Below the pieces are notes generated by a model that was not told the DNA's origin, made no database searches, and was given only the letters and a program-made list of their open reading frames with translations. Shown here piece by piece: positions 50,152-62,960 of a stretch of 64,000 bases of DNA (its first letter is position 1; the number at the start of each line of letters is the position of its first letter). Origin of the DNA: Euprymna scolopes (lineage: Eukaryota). The stretch is taken from NCBI GenBank assembly GCA_053919585.1, contig CM132790.1, one strand, 5' to 3'. The translations under genes and the position numbers were made by a program.

Positions 50152-52206
50152 AAACTTAACAAGGTCTGGCATGAATGTCTTCTCATGAAAATTACAGTAT
50201 TACTCAACAACTATTTAATATAATCAGATCTTTCTTAACCCTAAAAAATGATCCTAGTCATCCTTCATGGCCATACATCTAAACAGCATGACAGAAATGC
50301 AGGTGTGCCCCAAGGCATTGATCCTTGGATCTTTATTATTCCTGATTTTAATAAATTACCTCCCAAATTAAATTGTGTCCGTTTGAATAATAAAGTTTTC
50401 AATTTCATCAAGTGTTTTCTGGAACAGGTATACTTTCTATTCTACACATGTGGACAAAACAAACATACACATATCTCAACGCAATGGTTGAATTCTTAGA
50501 AAATGACCTCCATCCATGTTCAGGATGAATGTAAATTATAAAAAATTAATTAAAAATACCAAATTTCAGTTTGTTTGGGATATTTTCAGGGGTTTTAGAG
50601 GAGCATAGACACAATCTCCCACCTGAAAATTCAAATACTTCAGATTTTCATTTAATTTCATTCATACTTATTAAATACCTATTAAGCAAGATTCCCTAAA
50701 TTTCTATTTCTTCTTAAGACCCGTTAAAGCTTCAGTCATAAATATTTGACATTTTCTAGAATTCAAATCATGTAATGAATTATAATCAAAATTACAATAA
50801 AGTTTCCAGACATAAGATTTGAGTAATATCATATCTTGCTTTCAAAAAAAGTAATGCAAAACTATTTTGTTCTAGGAATTCATTTTCTTTCCGGGGACAG
50901 GTATACTTTTAGTTTTTTATAATTAGAAATGTGAAAGATTTAGAACTTTCATCAGAAAAAAAAATAGTTAATGTGGAATTAAAGAAAAAAGTTAAATTGG
51001 AATGTAATTAGCATCTTCATTGTTTTGAAAGCCAGAAATATCAATATAATCAATTCTCTTTGTAAGGAATTCTTGAAACGAAAATAAAGGTGCGAAAAAT
51101 TCCTTTGCTACTAAATTTGGAATCTACATTTGTAGTAATTCAGACGGAATTATTAATGACAATCTAATATGTGAATATGACTGTGAAATGAAGTACATGA
51201 ATATCTTGTTAGTGATGAAGATACAAAATTATCAAATATAGATCAATAAGGTTTGAATAATGAAGTTTTCAATTTTGACAGGTTTTATATAAAAATATCT
51301 TACAAAATCTCTCTACATTCATTGAATATCATTTTTTCCTTTTGTCCAGGGGTCAGATGATTTCTGGGATTTCACAACATTCACTCATCAATCCTCATGG
51401 TCCAGCAAGTCAACTGTCTACAAATTTGTTAGTCCTCACATGATTCCAGACTCTGCAAGAGGATGAATGCTCCACATGAGCATACCAGCATAACTGGTTT
51501 GTCTTTGGGATAAAGTCTATGTTGGGCAAATGTAGTGCCCGCAACAAATCTATCATTTTAGTCAGGTGAGAGAAGACTGGATGAAGGTGCAGTCTTCTCT
51601 GCCAAATAACATAACACTCCTGATTCAGATGCTATACAACTTAGATTTTTTACAGCATATAAATTAAATTAGTGCACAACTTTCAAAGGATTAACTATTT
51701 TAGTTTCACCATAATAAAAAATGCAAATTTGATTTGAATAGAGAAAACCAACATTTATTTTTAATCAATCTTGAAAAAAATTATATTCGTATTAAGGTCA
51801 CCTTGTGAGACTAAATAAAGCTCTGTCAAAGGCAGAAAAGTAGATATAATACATCCTGTATCAGTATCCACATTTGAAGTGCAATGGTAATGAAAATTGG
51901 ATCCGATTCCTTAATGGAAAGTATGGCTTCCTGTCATGTAGGTCACAAACAGCTATTATCCAATCAACTATCAGGTTTTCTTTTGTACAAAAGAAAAAAA
52001 AACAACAGGAGGTTAACAGGTCAAAGATAATTTAATCGGGATAAACCAGTTGACTAATTCTCAGAGCAATACTTGAAAATTGACAGTAATTAAGATATCT
52101 TTAAATTTTATAAAACTAAAATTATTTCTCAACAAAATTGTAATATGAAAAGCAAAATACAAGTTTTTGACGTTTCTGAATTTTTGAGATGACGATTGGT
52201 TATTTG

Positions 52207-52369
52207 TATTATTTGGATTCATCAGACTACTGTTCTCATCTTGAGAAATTCCGTTGAAATTTCTGAGTTCAACAAGATACACTTGAAGAAGGTCGGAGGT
52301 TACATCGACCGAAACGTTGTAAAAATCACACTTAAGATGAGAACAGTAGTCTGATGAATCCAAATAATA
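52207..52369 (+). mobile_element. 5'-truncated Penelope-tailed element (copy C) bounded by a perfect 36-bp inverted repeat
   Basis: 52207-52242 is the exact reverse complement of 52334-52369. Confidence 0.85.
52280..52320 (+). ncRNA. Minimal type I hammerhead-ribozyme-like motif (C3U variant in this copy)
   Basis: CAC-TTGAAGA-A-GGTCG-(10-nt loop)-CGACC-GAAACGTT-GT. Copy D retains CACCTGAAGAAGGTC. Confidence 0.55.
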
Positions 52370-54348
52370 TAAACAAAGTTTTTTTTTATTTGTTTTGTTG
52401 TTATTGCTAAGATGAAATGATATAAGAATATATAAAAACTACTTTTACTATTAAAAATTGGGAAAAGTTATAGCTCGTTGACTTTAAGTGAATGCTTTAT
52501 GCCAAACTTCTCCAGTAAATGTGGTATTATGAGGACTAATCCCTATCAATCCATCAAACAGATGCTAAAATATTTACTTTGTTGCAGCTTATCATAACAA
52601 AGGTTCATTCAAATTTCACCCAGATCAGCCCAGTAGTTTCCAATAAAAAATGGAACAAACAGATAGACACAGTAAGAGAAATATAATACAGATTCTATTT
52701 TTTTAAGGTTTTTTAGTGATATTCTAATTGAATACCTATTTTGCTTGATGAAACTCTAGCTAACCCTGGTGTCGATGGAGAGTCTTTACTTTCATTTTTT
52801 ATTCCATTTAATGCTCTACACTTGTCTTTTCTCATAATTTATTGTAAAAAGAAAATACATTTTTGAGAAGATAATGTAATAAAAAGTAAGTAATTAAAAA
52901 CTATAGGTTTTGCATTAAAATTTTGATATTTTTACCAATTTTTAATAGAATTTTAAGAATTAAAATTATTATGGCCTTGTTTGATCATTAAATCATTAAT
53001 TGAATTCAACTGATGTAAAAAGATATAGAATCTAAAATCTCGATTTTTTTTTTTCTAGAGGTAGCGAAGCAAAAATAAAATGAGGAAAAAATAACTTAGT
53101 TTGATAATTTGCTTTGTTTTTGAAAAGAAACTGAAATGTATTCTGGCAGATTTTTATGGAATTAGTTTTTGTAAATAGGATATTTTAAGATTTCATTTGC
53201 TATTGCATCTTTGATTTCAACAAATAATCGAGTGGTAATTCAATGTCTAATAATAAAAGTTACATTGAGGCAAAAAACGGAAGTGGTCTCAAAAGTTTAT
53301 TAAGATAAATAATTTAAATAGATTAACTCTTAAAATACAAAAAAAAAATTTCTTAATTCTAAAAATGTTTTTAACACAAACCATTAAAATGTTCACTACT
53401 TGGATTTTTCTAGTTTACCAAATTAAAAAAAATTATCACTGAAATTCAAAAATTGCACTGATAAGAATCAATTTAAGGTATTTTTTTTTTCATGAAATAC
53501 AAAATGGCAACTCAATAAAAACTCAGTCATCATGTCAGTTGTACTAGGAAATATATTATAATTATTATATCATATAAGTGAAAATAATTAAATATAAATT
53601 TAACAGATGTTATCAAGATACACAGAAAATTTAACTTATATATGATATCACTTACGGTTGACATTTCCAAAATGAAAGCACTCTTTCCAGTCATGAAGGA
53701 AAAAAGAGGGAGGGGAGAAATAAAACCAGTCAAATATACAATAATTCTGCTGCTAGTATTTATTTAGAGCTTAGGACGTGTATATTTAAAAAGTTACTAA
53801 TGTGATAGGAAAATAATCTTATTAAATTAACACAAATGACAAGTCAAAACAAAGTGGCATTTCAAATTCTCTAAATCTTGTTCAATATATTTAGAATCAT
53901 TCTATATTAAGTAGTATTTAACCTTTAAACGCTGAACATTGTATCATTTCCAAATAAATTAGCAATCACTTAACATTTCTTGAAATTCTTAGTTAAAAGA
54001 ATATGCAACTCATAATATGAAAAGACCGGGATTTATTCAATTTAATAGATATACAGTTCGGTTTTTTTTTCATTTAATTTTTTTTAAACACTATTTGACA
54101 AATTTAAATCATTAAAAGCGTTAATATTGTAACATTTTTAAATTGTCTTTTTTTTATAAATTAAGCATCAAAGAAAACAAAATACAAAGATGGCTGAAAA
54201 TTTTTCAACAAAAGAAAATAAAATCTCGATAATTTAAAAGGTTTTAACAAAATTTAACCAAAGTCAAATAATTACATTGATTAAAAATCTATTTTAAAAA
54301 GTCAGTGATGAAAATAATGCATATAGTTTTGCTTAAAGTTAAACCAAG

Positions 54349-54416
<68 letters not shown>

Positions 54417-54423
54417 ACACGCA

Positions 54424-55780
54424 CACTCGTTCTCATCTTTATGATATATCTAAAAATTTTAAAGATGGAGTTCCATTAAGGCCAATTTTATCTATGGATA
54501 GGTCTTCCCAACATGAAATAGCAAAACGGTTAAAATTTTTAAATGTTAATCAATATTGTATTAAAAACTCTACCAGGTCTGCTAAGTTTATTCAAAATTA
54601 CCTGATCGAGATTTACTACAATGTCTGTTTAATTCAAGTTCAATGATATAATGTACAAACTGATGGCATTTCGAGGGGGTTTGGGGGGGGGGTATGAAAA
54701 GAAACTATTTTCTAGGTTGTTACAATGGTGTTTATTATTGTCAGGTTGCGCTGGCAATTTTTTGATCAGCACTACATCCCAAAACTATCGTGACTCATGT
54801 ACAACAGTCCCTGAGCAAGTTTGCATGATTTCACCTGTGGAACCTATCCAAGTCCTCTCTGTGGTTGTTATTGAAATCTTTAGCTGCCAACTGATATGTT
54901 TGCATCATATTTTAGCTGTTTACTAATTGATATTGACACTGGCAGAGACGATTACATCACAAATTAATTCTCTTTCAGTAATGAGGGTCAACCAACCTGA
55001 TATAAATAGTTGCTTTCACTTCATAATGCGTTTCTTTCCTTAAAATTTAACATGATTAAAAAAATTTAATGTTTCTTCATCATTCTTAGATATATCGGTT
55101 AGTGATACTAACACCAGTCTCCTGAAATCCATTCAGAGACCCTACGTTTATATGTCTCTAGAAAACAACAAATTTATCTTAATATCTTTGTACGCAGAGC
55201 ACTGGCTGGACATCAACATTCGATGAGAGAAAATGTGTTTCTTCCATTCTCTGCAACAACAGTTTCTCAACACATGTACCGTCTATTATTATTATTCTAA
55301 ACATCTCTAATCTTAATAACTCCGGCATTTGTACAAAAATGTCTGGCGTACATCCTTTTTCCTTAACTAGGTGAAATCAATAATTGCTTCACCAAGCAAA
55401 TCTCAGTTGTGCAACAGTATTATTTCTAAGTGCATACATATGTATTTTCAACTAAACCTATTCTTCAATCCATCTGTAAAAACATCCCTCCCCGACTTGA
55501 TCATGATAATTTAGTTATTTTTTTTAACTGTGGTGCATACTAGAAAGAAAGGTCATCTCAAAGACTTGATGTTAAAATTAAACATGTCTCTTCAAAAATT
55601 AAAAACAATATCTCCTACTTTAAAATGATCAATATAAATTCTCAACAATGAAGTACCTCATAAATAATTAGACCTGCAGCGTTCTTTCTTTGCACTAAGT
55701 CACCATCATTTAAAAGTGCCAAAGTACATTTATATATTATCGAGAGGATCGTCTCTTTGTAAACAGAGATTATCTTCTTG
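54424..55780 (+). pseudogene. Decayed Penelope-like element ORF (RT plus GIY-YIG endonuclease)
   Basis: HLYDISKNFKDGVPLRPILSM..SSQHEIAKRL; FKFNDIMYK/TDGISRG; YEKKLF; IFVRRAL; KCLAYILFP*LG; FSTKPILQSICKN; NCGAY*KERSSQRLDVKIKHV; HLKV..IYILSRGSSLCKQR. These motifs are collinear with PLE RT and GIY-YIG domains. Confidence 0.85.
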
Positions 55781-57736
55781 AATTAAATGTTATCTTTTTC
55801 TTAAATGGGACCAAAATAAGTCAAATAATTTTGTTTATTTATTCCAGTTTTTTCACTTATGTATTTAAAAAAAAAAAGGGGGGGGGAGAAGTAGATTTAT
55901 TTTGTTTTTAAATCCTGATTTCATATTTTTTCTTACCCATTCATAGATTTTCATAGAAAACAACATTGATTGGTTTACTCTTTTTCAGAATGTACTTTCT
56001 CTCTTTTGGAATCAACAAACTAAAGTATCTTTAGTTTCTGTCAATTTATGGGCAGTCTTGACCAGATATTTTGAAATAACTTTAGCGCTTGACCAGTTGG
56101 ATAAAGAAATGATCAAAATGTGTTGTTCTTTTTTGTTTGTTTTTTAGATAGACGTACTTCTTGCTAGATTTTTGTCTTTGATATTTTTTTTTGCCATATG
56201 ATAGGTGGCAAAAATTATATCAACAACTAAAGTATTCACACCAACTTATTCTGTCCCTCAGAGTTATACCCCTACTTTTTAATCGATCAAATACAAAATA
56301 AATTAAAATATAAACTTATTAATAAAGTGAATAAATTCTTTGAAAGAAAAATAAACTAAGAAAAGTTCCTACATATTGAGAATTGCATGCAACCACAAAT
56401 CCATTTCAAGTTTGCAGATGAGAATTGCTTCATTCTTAGAGAATTTACTCTAAAGAAGTATACATTTTGTTCAGAAAACAATTTTTTATCAAAATATACA
56501 AACAAGATTTTCTATTTCATATCCTATGAAAGATAGTTTTGAATTATTCATTACCCCAATCCTCACTTTATTCTTATTTTCCGTATTTATCTTACAATAA
56601 CTAATGCACCAGTTAGTAAAATATGGTTTTCAAATTTACATCAAAATACAAAAATGATAATTTGTTAAGATATCAAGTGAAGAGGCTTATAACAAAATGT
56701 TTACTCTGCATATACAATCTTATGCGTACAATTATTCTGAGTAAAATGCTGTCGTTTTGTGATTATGCAAGGCAGAGCATTTTTTTTTTAATTAACTCAC
56801 CTTGCGTAACCACAAAATGACAACATAATAATATCCCAGCTATTATGAAAAACAAATAGAAGTAGAGTGTCTCTATTATTTGTACCTTCATCCTCTTTCT
56901 GTACAGAAAACAAGTGAAAACATTAGATTTCATGAGACTTTATCATTTTATGGTAATGAAATACTCATCTTTTTAACATATGCTAATTCAGAGCTACCCA
57001 TTTCTTTCATTCACTAATGATAGCCATTACTTGCAAAAAAAATATGACTTGTTAAGCACGTTAAATGCGTCCATTAGTATTTGCATATAATAGGAAGGGC
57101 ATATTTACAGAGATTCAAAGGAAATCATTATGTTTTTTTTTGGGTTTTGTTCGTTTGTTTTTCAGCATTGCTCTAGTTATATACTGTTTCACCCTGAACA
57201 GTGCTGGCCAACGCCCTTTTTGAAATCTGTTTTGTATATGTTTTGGAAAAAAAAATTCTCAATATTTTTTGGAAATACGATTATTTTTATATTATCCAGT
57301 TAAAAACTATTAGGGGCAAATTGTTTTATTATTTACATAAAAATTAATAAAAATCTAGATATACAATAATATAAGCGAGAAGAGGTAGCATGGCAAATCA
57401 GCATCTTTATAGGATCATCATTCTAAGGAGATGTACTTTTCAAATGCAGTAAAAACAACGTTTCCAACTGATAGATGAAGCTCAAAGTTTGCAAATGTTT
57501 TGCTTAGTTTTAAGGTATCTCACTATAATGAAATTGTTCATAAATATTCATAAATAACGTGAATTAAATGACATCTATTTTAAATAAAACAAATTAACAC
57601 ATTTCAAAAACGATTCTACAATGTTTTCAATAATTCAGTGGTGAATTCATTTCTTTTTAATGAGAAACTTCTGAAATTACAACTTCAAAAGTAGTTTTGT
57701 TACCTTGGTGATAGTATTATCAGCATTGAGCAAAAG

Positions 57737-58090
57737 AAGAGTCTATCAGGCATGCATATGCAGTGTGAGATTGTATGGAAGTAAAAGTTGGCCAGTGACA
57801 GCTACATGGAGACAAATGATATGAGAATGATACAATGTGTAATGTGAATCTTAAAGATAGGTTTAGATCCGATGACCCCCAAAGGGAGATTAAATCTGGA
57901 CAATATAGGAAGATGTGTGATTTGTTGATATGATCAGATTGAAAGAATAGTTGTGAGTTCTTGGATTAACCAATGTATAACAGTTGAGATAGCAGAGTCA
58001 GTTTATAGAAGAAAGCTAAGGGAACTATGAGATAAAGTGATAAGGATGGATTTGAACAAAGGAGAGATAAATAGCTTAGTTTGGAAGTCC
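57737..58090 (+). mobile_element. RTE-clade LINE C-terminal remnant
   Basis: RVYQACICSVRLYGSKSWPV, ETNDMRMI, CNVNLKDRFRSDD, RLNLDNIGRCV. Confidence 0.75.
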
Positions 58091-59300
58091 AATCCATATA
58101 AAATGTTAAACCGAAGATGATGATCGTCTGTATTTCACACCAAAATGCTTTCCATACCATAATTATGCTTCAACGGTGACTTAAATATTCATATTAAAAC
58201 AGTATCATAGTCATATACTACTACTATGTAAAGAAAATAAATCATTTCTCAAAAAAATAAATAAAATTCTAAATAATTATCTCTTAATCTTATAATCAAA
58301 ACAAAAACTTTAAATTTATAGTTTAATATAAACACTGAAAAAATGCATCAATTTTATAGGGACATAATTCAAAGTAGACAATTAAATGTACTATAAAAAA
58401 TGTTTTTATTGTAATTGAATTGTTTTGTTTTTCTTTTTATGTGAAAAATATTTTATTTGCCTAATATACAAAAAATAAAACAAAACAAAGTCACAATTCT
58501 GTAAAAGCAGCTAAATATAGAACAAGGCAGTTTCCAACTGCAAATGAAACTCACTGGGACAACAAGACCATCTTTTTGCCACTGTATAACAGATATTACC
58601 CAAAAAAATTGCTGAAAGGTCCATAACTTCGAAAGTACTAACAGTTAATATAAAACAAATCAGATGATTAATATTTGTCTTGATTCACTGTCATAGAAAG
58701 GAGTGAGCAGAAACTTGAAGATCTATAGCAGATGGAATTGCTACAATTCATGAAAGATTTTCCTATGTTAAATGGGGAAAAAGGGAATGATATTTGAGCA
58801 TTTTAATTCTGTATTCCATAGTTTAATAATTTGGCTAAAACGAGCCACATTTCTGGGGGGAAAAGCAGATCATTTATAAGTGCATAAGACAAAATATCAA
58901 TGGCTGCTTCATATTAGTGAGATTTGCAAGTTTTCAAACTAAAATGGAAGATTATTCGCATGCAGTTTCAAATTGAATATCAAGTAACATGATGAATAGT
59001 GTTCAACTTCAGTGTATAATTGATATACAGCTTCAATACAGACAACACATTGATGGTCTAAGTACTTTTGTTGGAAATCGAAAAATACTTTTCCATAACA
59101 AATTTCATGCGGGTGATACTCAACAATGTAGAGCAGCGTTTCCCAATCAAAAACTTGTGGCCCCCTAAAAAGGTCCACAAGTTTTTGATTGAGGAGCCAG
59201 AAGAGGACGACAGACAAACGTAATTCAAGATACAGTAACTTGCAATGTATAAATAAGGTGACAAGACTCCAGCCATGACAAAAAGTCATTTATTTATATA

Positions 59301-59755
59301 TACAGTAGAACATGTAAATACAAAATTAATTGGTTCCAGCTTGGCTTTCATATGCTGAAATTTTCATATCTTGGAAGGTGTTTTACATGTAAATCGCATA
59401 ATCCGCTCCAAGTCTTACGAAAACAATCATTAAATTTTTTCATAAGGGTAAAGCCAGAATTAAATAAAAGTCAAACGGTATCTAACTTAACCATTAATAC
59501 GTGTGAACAAAGTCAATATTAGAACATAATGCAATAATAAATAAAAACATTTAATATGAAAATGTGGAACCTTACCTTTCAAGCGAGGTAATGTCCGAAT
59601 TTTAAAAAGCACTTTAAATTAATTTTTATTTTTTCAGTTTCTAATTTTAAGATATCAAAGGTTCAAAAGGAAATGACAGCTATGTCGAGTTTGTTGTTTG
59701 AGACGGCATGGAATGCGCGCAATATCTGTGTTGTTCTGTAGTGATGTCGACTGCA
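59301..59755. mobile_element. Possible pogo/Tigger-like insertion in the Buster element
   Basis: TA-CAGTAGAAC...TTAATTGGTTCCAG start resembles Tigger-type TIRs; the right end is degenerate. Confidence 0.35.
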
Positions 59756-59769
59756 TTACTATGTCCTTT

Positions 59770-61030
59770 CAAACCATTGTGACAAGATGCATCCCCAAGG
59801 GTAGAAAGATAGGATTGATGCTCTGTCTTAGAAATGTACACGACACGACCATGAAGTGAAACTTTCCAAATTTGGATTCCATCCAGAAGAAAAACTTGCT
59901 ATACAATCCAGTTACAAAGTGGCATACTGAATCATGAAGTACAAGAAAACGCACATTATTGCTGAGGAACTTATCAAGCCATGTCCAGAGAAAATGGTGG
60001 AACTGATGATCAAATCATATGCAAAAAAAAAAGATCCAACAAATTTTGCTTTCTAATGACATAATCTGTCAATGGATTATGACATGGTCACTGATGTATG
60101 CGGTCAAGTTGCTCTGAAATCAAGCAAAACACATTCCATGCTTAGAATTAGACAAGTCTACAAATACTATTCTGGAAAGCCAGTTGATTGCCTTTGCTCA
60201 CTATGAGAAAGAAAGAAAGATGAAGGAAGAATTTTTGTTTTACAACAGCAACAAATGTCAAAGCTATTGTGAACTTTTTTTTTTAAGTTAATGGACTTGG
60301 ATGGCAGGATTTCAAGCACATCTGTATGTGCTCCAGCCATGATTGGTGTCTGAGGAGGTTTTATCACACTTGTCAAGATTGAATGGACACACATTTTCCC
60401 ACTGTTCATTACATTATGCTCTTGCGTCGAAAGCTCTATTGTCACGTTTGTTGGAAGTCATGGACGTTGCAGTCAAAATGTCAAATTGATCAACTTCATT
60501 TGTGCAAAGGCAAAAAAAATCATCAGCTCTTCCAACTTCTAGCAACAAAATGGGAGCGCAACTTCTGTTCCACACCCAAATCAAGGCCAACTCTCCATCC
60601 TCGTTTCCTTTTTGGGATGAGCATTTGCAAATGTAGAGGATTGAACTTCTTATCGGCATGAAAAGTTGCATCACTGAAAATTCTCTCTGCTGAGTTCCAA
60701 ATCTTATTTAAAAAAAAACACCATTGGATGTTCCATGGCGCAAGAAACCTTTTCAACAATGAAATTGAACTGAAAATGAAGCAGAAGAGCTGGCACAGTT
60801 CAAAGTTTCAAAAGCAATAAAGCTGGCTTTCAGTAACAAAGAAAACCTCTTCAACTCCTGGTTGTCTGTTCAGGATGCATATCTCCTACTCAACAAAACG
60901 GCATCTGTAATGCTTACATAATTTGCCGCAAAATATCTTTACAAATGTGGATTTTCTGACCTGGCAACCATTAAAACGAAGTCCAGAAACTGTCTTGATA
61001 TAAGGAATGATATTCACCTTGCTGTATCGC
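59770..61030 (+). pseudogene. Decayed Buster/Charlie-type hAT transposase (ZBED5/ZBED8-related family)
   Basis: SSYKVAY*IMKYKKTHIIAEELIKPC, LLSNDII, LELDKSTN, QLIAFAHY...MKEEFLF; C-terminal YLYKCGFSDLATIKTKSRNCLDIRNDIHLAVS. Putative ends CAGCGTTTCCCAA (59134) and TGAGAAACTTTG (61195), without a matching TSD. Confidence 0.85.
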
Positions 61031-62479
61031 GGCCTTGTCACACAAGCTTAACAGCAAAATTTTCAATTTGATTTATAAAAAAAAAAAGGAAAAACTAAAT
61101 AACAAAACAAAATTTGCATCTTTTTTTTTGTTGTTGACACATAAAAGTCATGCCTGGTAAAGGTACTAAGGGTCATCAAAGGCTGAGAAACTTTGTTCCA
61201 AGTATCTTTATATGGACATCAAATATCTCGACTGGAATGAGTTTCATGGATGTCACTCTATAAACCAATTATAGCGGTTATAACAGAACTCTGATGGGCA
61301 GACAGAGCAATACTGAAGTCCAAAGGCACAAAATGTAAGAAATGTTTGGTTTTATATGTCCTCAAAAGAGAAAAGATATTGGAGAAATTAGAGTAAATGG
61401 TTTATTTTTTGAAATGTGGTTTCAATTTGATTCAAAATTGAAAATATTTCTAATTTATGTTAGTCAGCTCTGACTTAGAATTTATTTTGAATCCACATTG
61501 TGAAAAGCTTAATAGTATGTTGTGAAAATACTGAGTAACTATCTTGAAGGAGCTGCCTGTAATGGCTTTTTGAAAGGGGATTTTTGTTAGATTTGGTGAT
61601 CTCATCTACAGATAAAGCAAATAAAAAACACCAGTTGTAAATGTATTGTTGCAGATTCAATTTTGTATTTAACTTCCATTGATCTTAGTGACATTAGAAA
61701 ATCTTTAAAGGAAACGATATTTTTTATTGTTCTTCCTTACAAACTACATGCAAGATGTAATTAATGTTTGTATTGTACATTTTTAAAAAGTAGAAAATAG
61801 GCTTATAGTTTGTCACGCAAAATACCTAATATCCTCATTATGACGAATCACATGTGTTCATTATGAAATGACAGGAGATTCAAATCACACATAAATTATA
61901 CTTAGGAAAGAAGATAAACTCCATATTTTCTCGAAATACAAAACACTCAATGTCTTCATACAGTGCGTAAACAGTGAACAAATAAATGCTGTCACATTTA
62001 AAAGGTAAAATACATATGGAAACAAAAACTGTTCAGATTATTTACATGTTTTACTTTTAAACTCTTGTCGCTAATCTGATTGTTATGGTCACAACTGTAC
62101 CTACCTAATGTTACTTATTTTGGTTTCACTTTTTTTCTCTCTCAATTTCTTTTTAAAGTTAAATTTAATTATTGTTTGGTCTTTAAATTATTAATTGAAT
62201 CAAATTGTTATGAAGCTATAACTAATTACCTTTGAGGTATTGTTTTAATCTATTTATAAAATTATTGGTTATAAATAGTTTCCAAAACTTTTGATCCTTT
62301 ATTATACAAGGATTTACTAAGAATTTTGAGAAAAGATTTTCTATTCAACATTTTAAATGCTGCCACATTCCTTTTAACTTTTGAAGTCATGAGTAATTTT
62401 TTTTCAACTATTAATAAAGAATAAAAATGGTCGATTTTTATATAAAGAAATTAAAATGCATTGTTCTTGAATATTTTAA

Positions 62480-62960
62480 TGTATTTGGCTTGTTCAGACT
62501 ACTGTTCTCATTTGCACTGTTATTCTCTCAATGCTTTGTCTGATGTAACCTCTGACCTTCTTCAGGTGTATCTTTCTATTGGAATCGACAATTTGTATGG
62601 AATTTTGAACAGAACATTTTGTTTACTCCATAAGGGTAGCATGCTCTCATTCCATCAGCCATGACTGGGTAGAAGTTTTAAGTAATTCAAAAATGTATTC
62701 TTGTATTCTTAGCATCGCTCGCACTGAGGATTGAACCTTCAGAAGAATGCCACTTAGAACTGAATTTTTACCAAGCACTTTACTTGTTACGTCACAAGTC
62801 CTTACAAATTTAAGACTTCTACCAAGTTATGGCTGCTACTTCTGTGGATTAAAGAAAGAGTTCCATACGAAACTTTGTACAGAGTTTAACAAAATACACC
62901 TGAAGAAGGTCAAATAAGACTCAAGATGAGAACAGTAATCCGAATACTTCAAATAATGGA
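62480..62960 (-). mobile_element. tRNA-headed Penelope-tailed SINE (copy D) plus inverted partial 3' copy
   Basis: Minus strand GGTTCAATCC B box ... TACACCTGAAGAAGGTCAGAGGTTACATC ... ATGAGAACAGTAGTCTGAA. Plus-strand TACACCTGAAGAAGGTC...AAGATGAGAACAGTA at ~62895-62940. Confidence 0.75.

Larger units (their letters stand above)
47625..50389 (+). mobile_element. Host CR1-group LINE fragment split by two insertions (pieces 47625-47822, 49816-49912, 50152-50389)
   Basis: SWKITSVV...FAKIFESI...SDNQYGFKQA | SIADILKVIS...RAVVLDISK | KVWH...NAGVPQG...; the pieces are collinear RT motifs. Confidence 0.8.

Noticed and set aside
56801-56839. 39-nt minus-strand exon-like segment (TAG acceptor, AAG|GTGAGT donor)
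   Set aside because: It is isolated, on the opposite strand to the other candidates, and has no recognisable peptide; such matches arise by chance in 64 kb.
59770-61030. Domesticated ZBED5/ZBED8-like host gene
   Set aside because: Multiple stops, frameshifts and deletions show it is a decayed transposon.
61260-61380. piggyBac-like Cys-rich tail (KCKKCLV)
   Set aside because: Too short, and no TTAA-flanked ends were identified.
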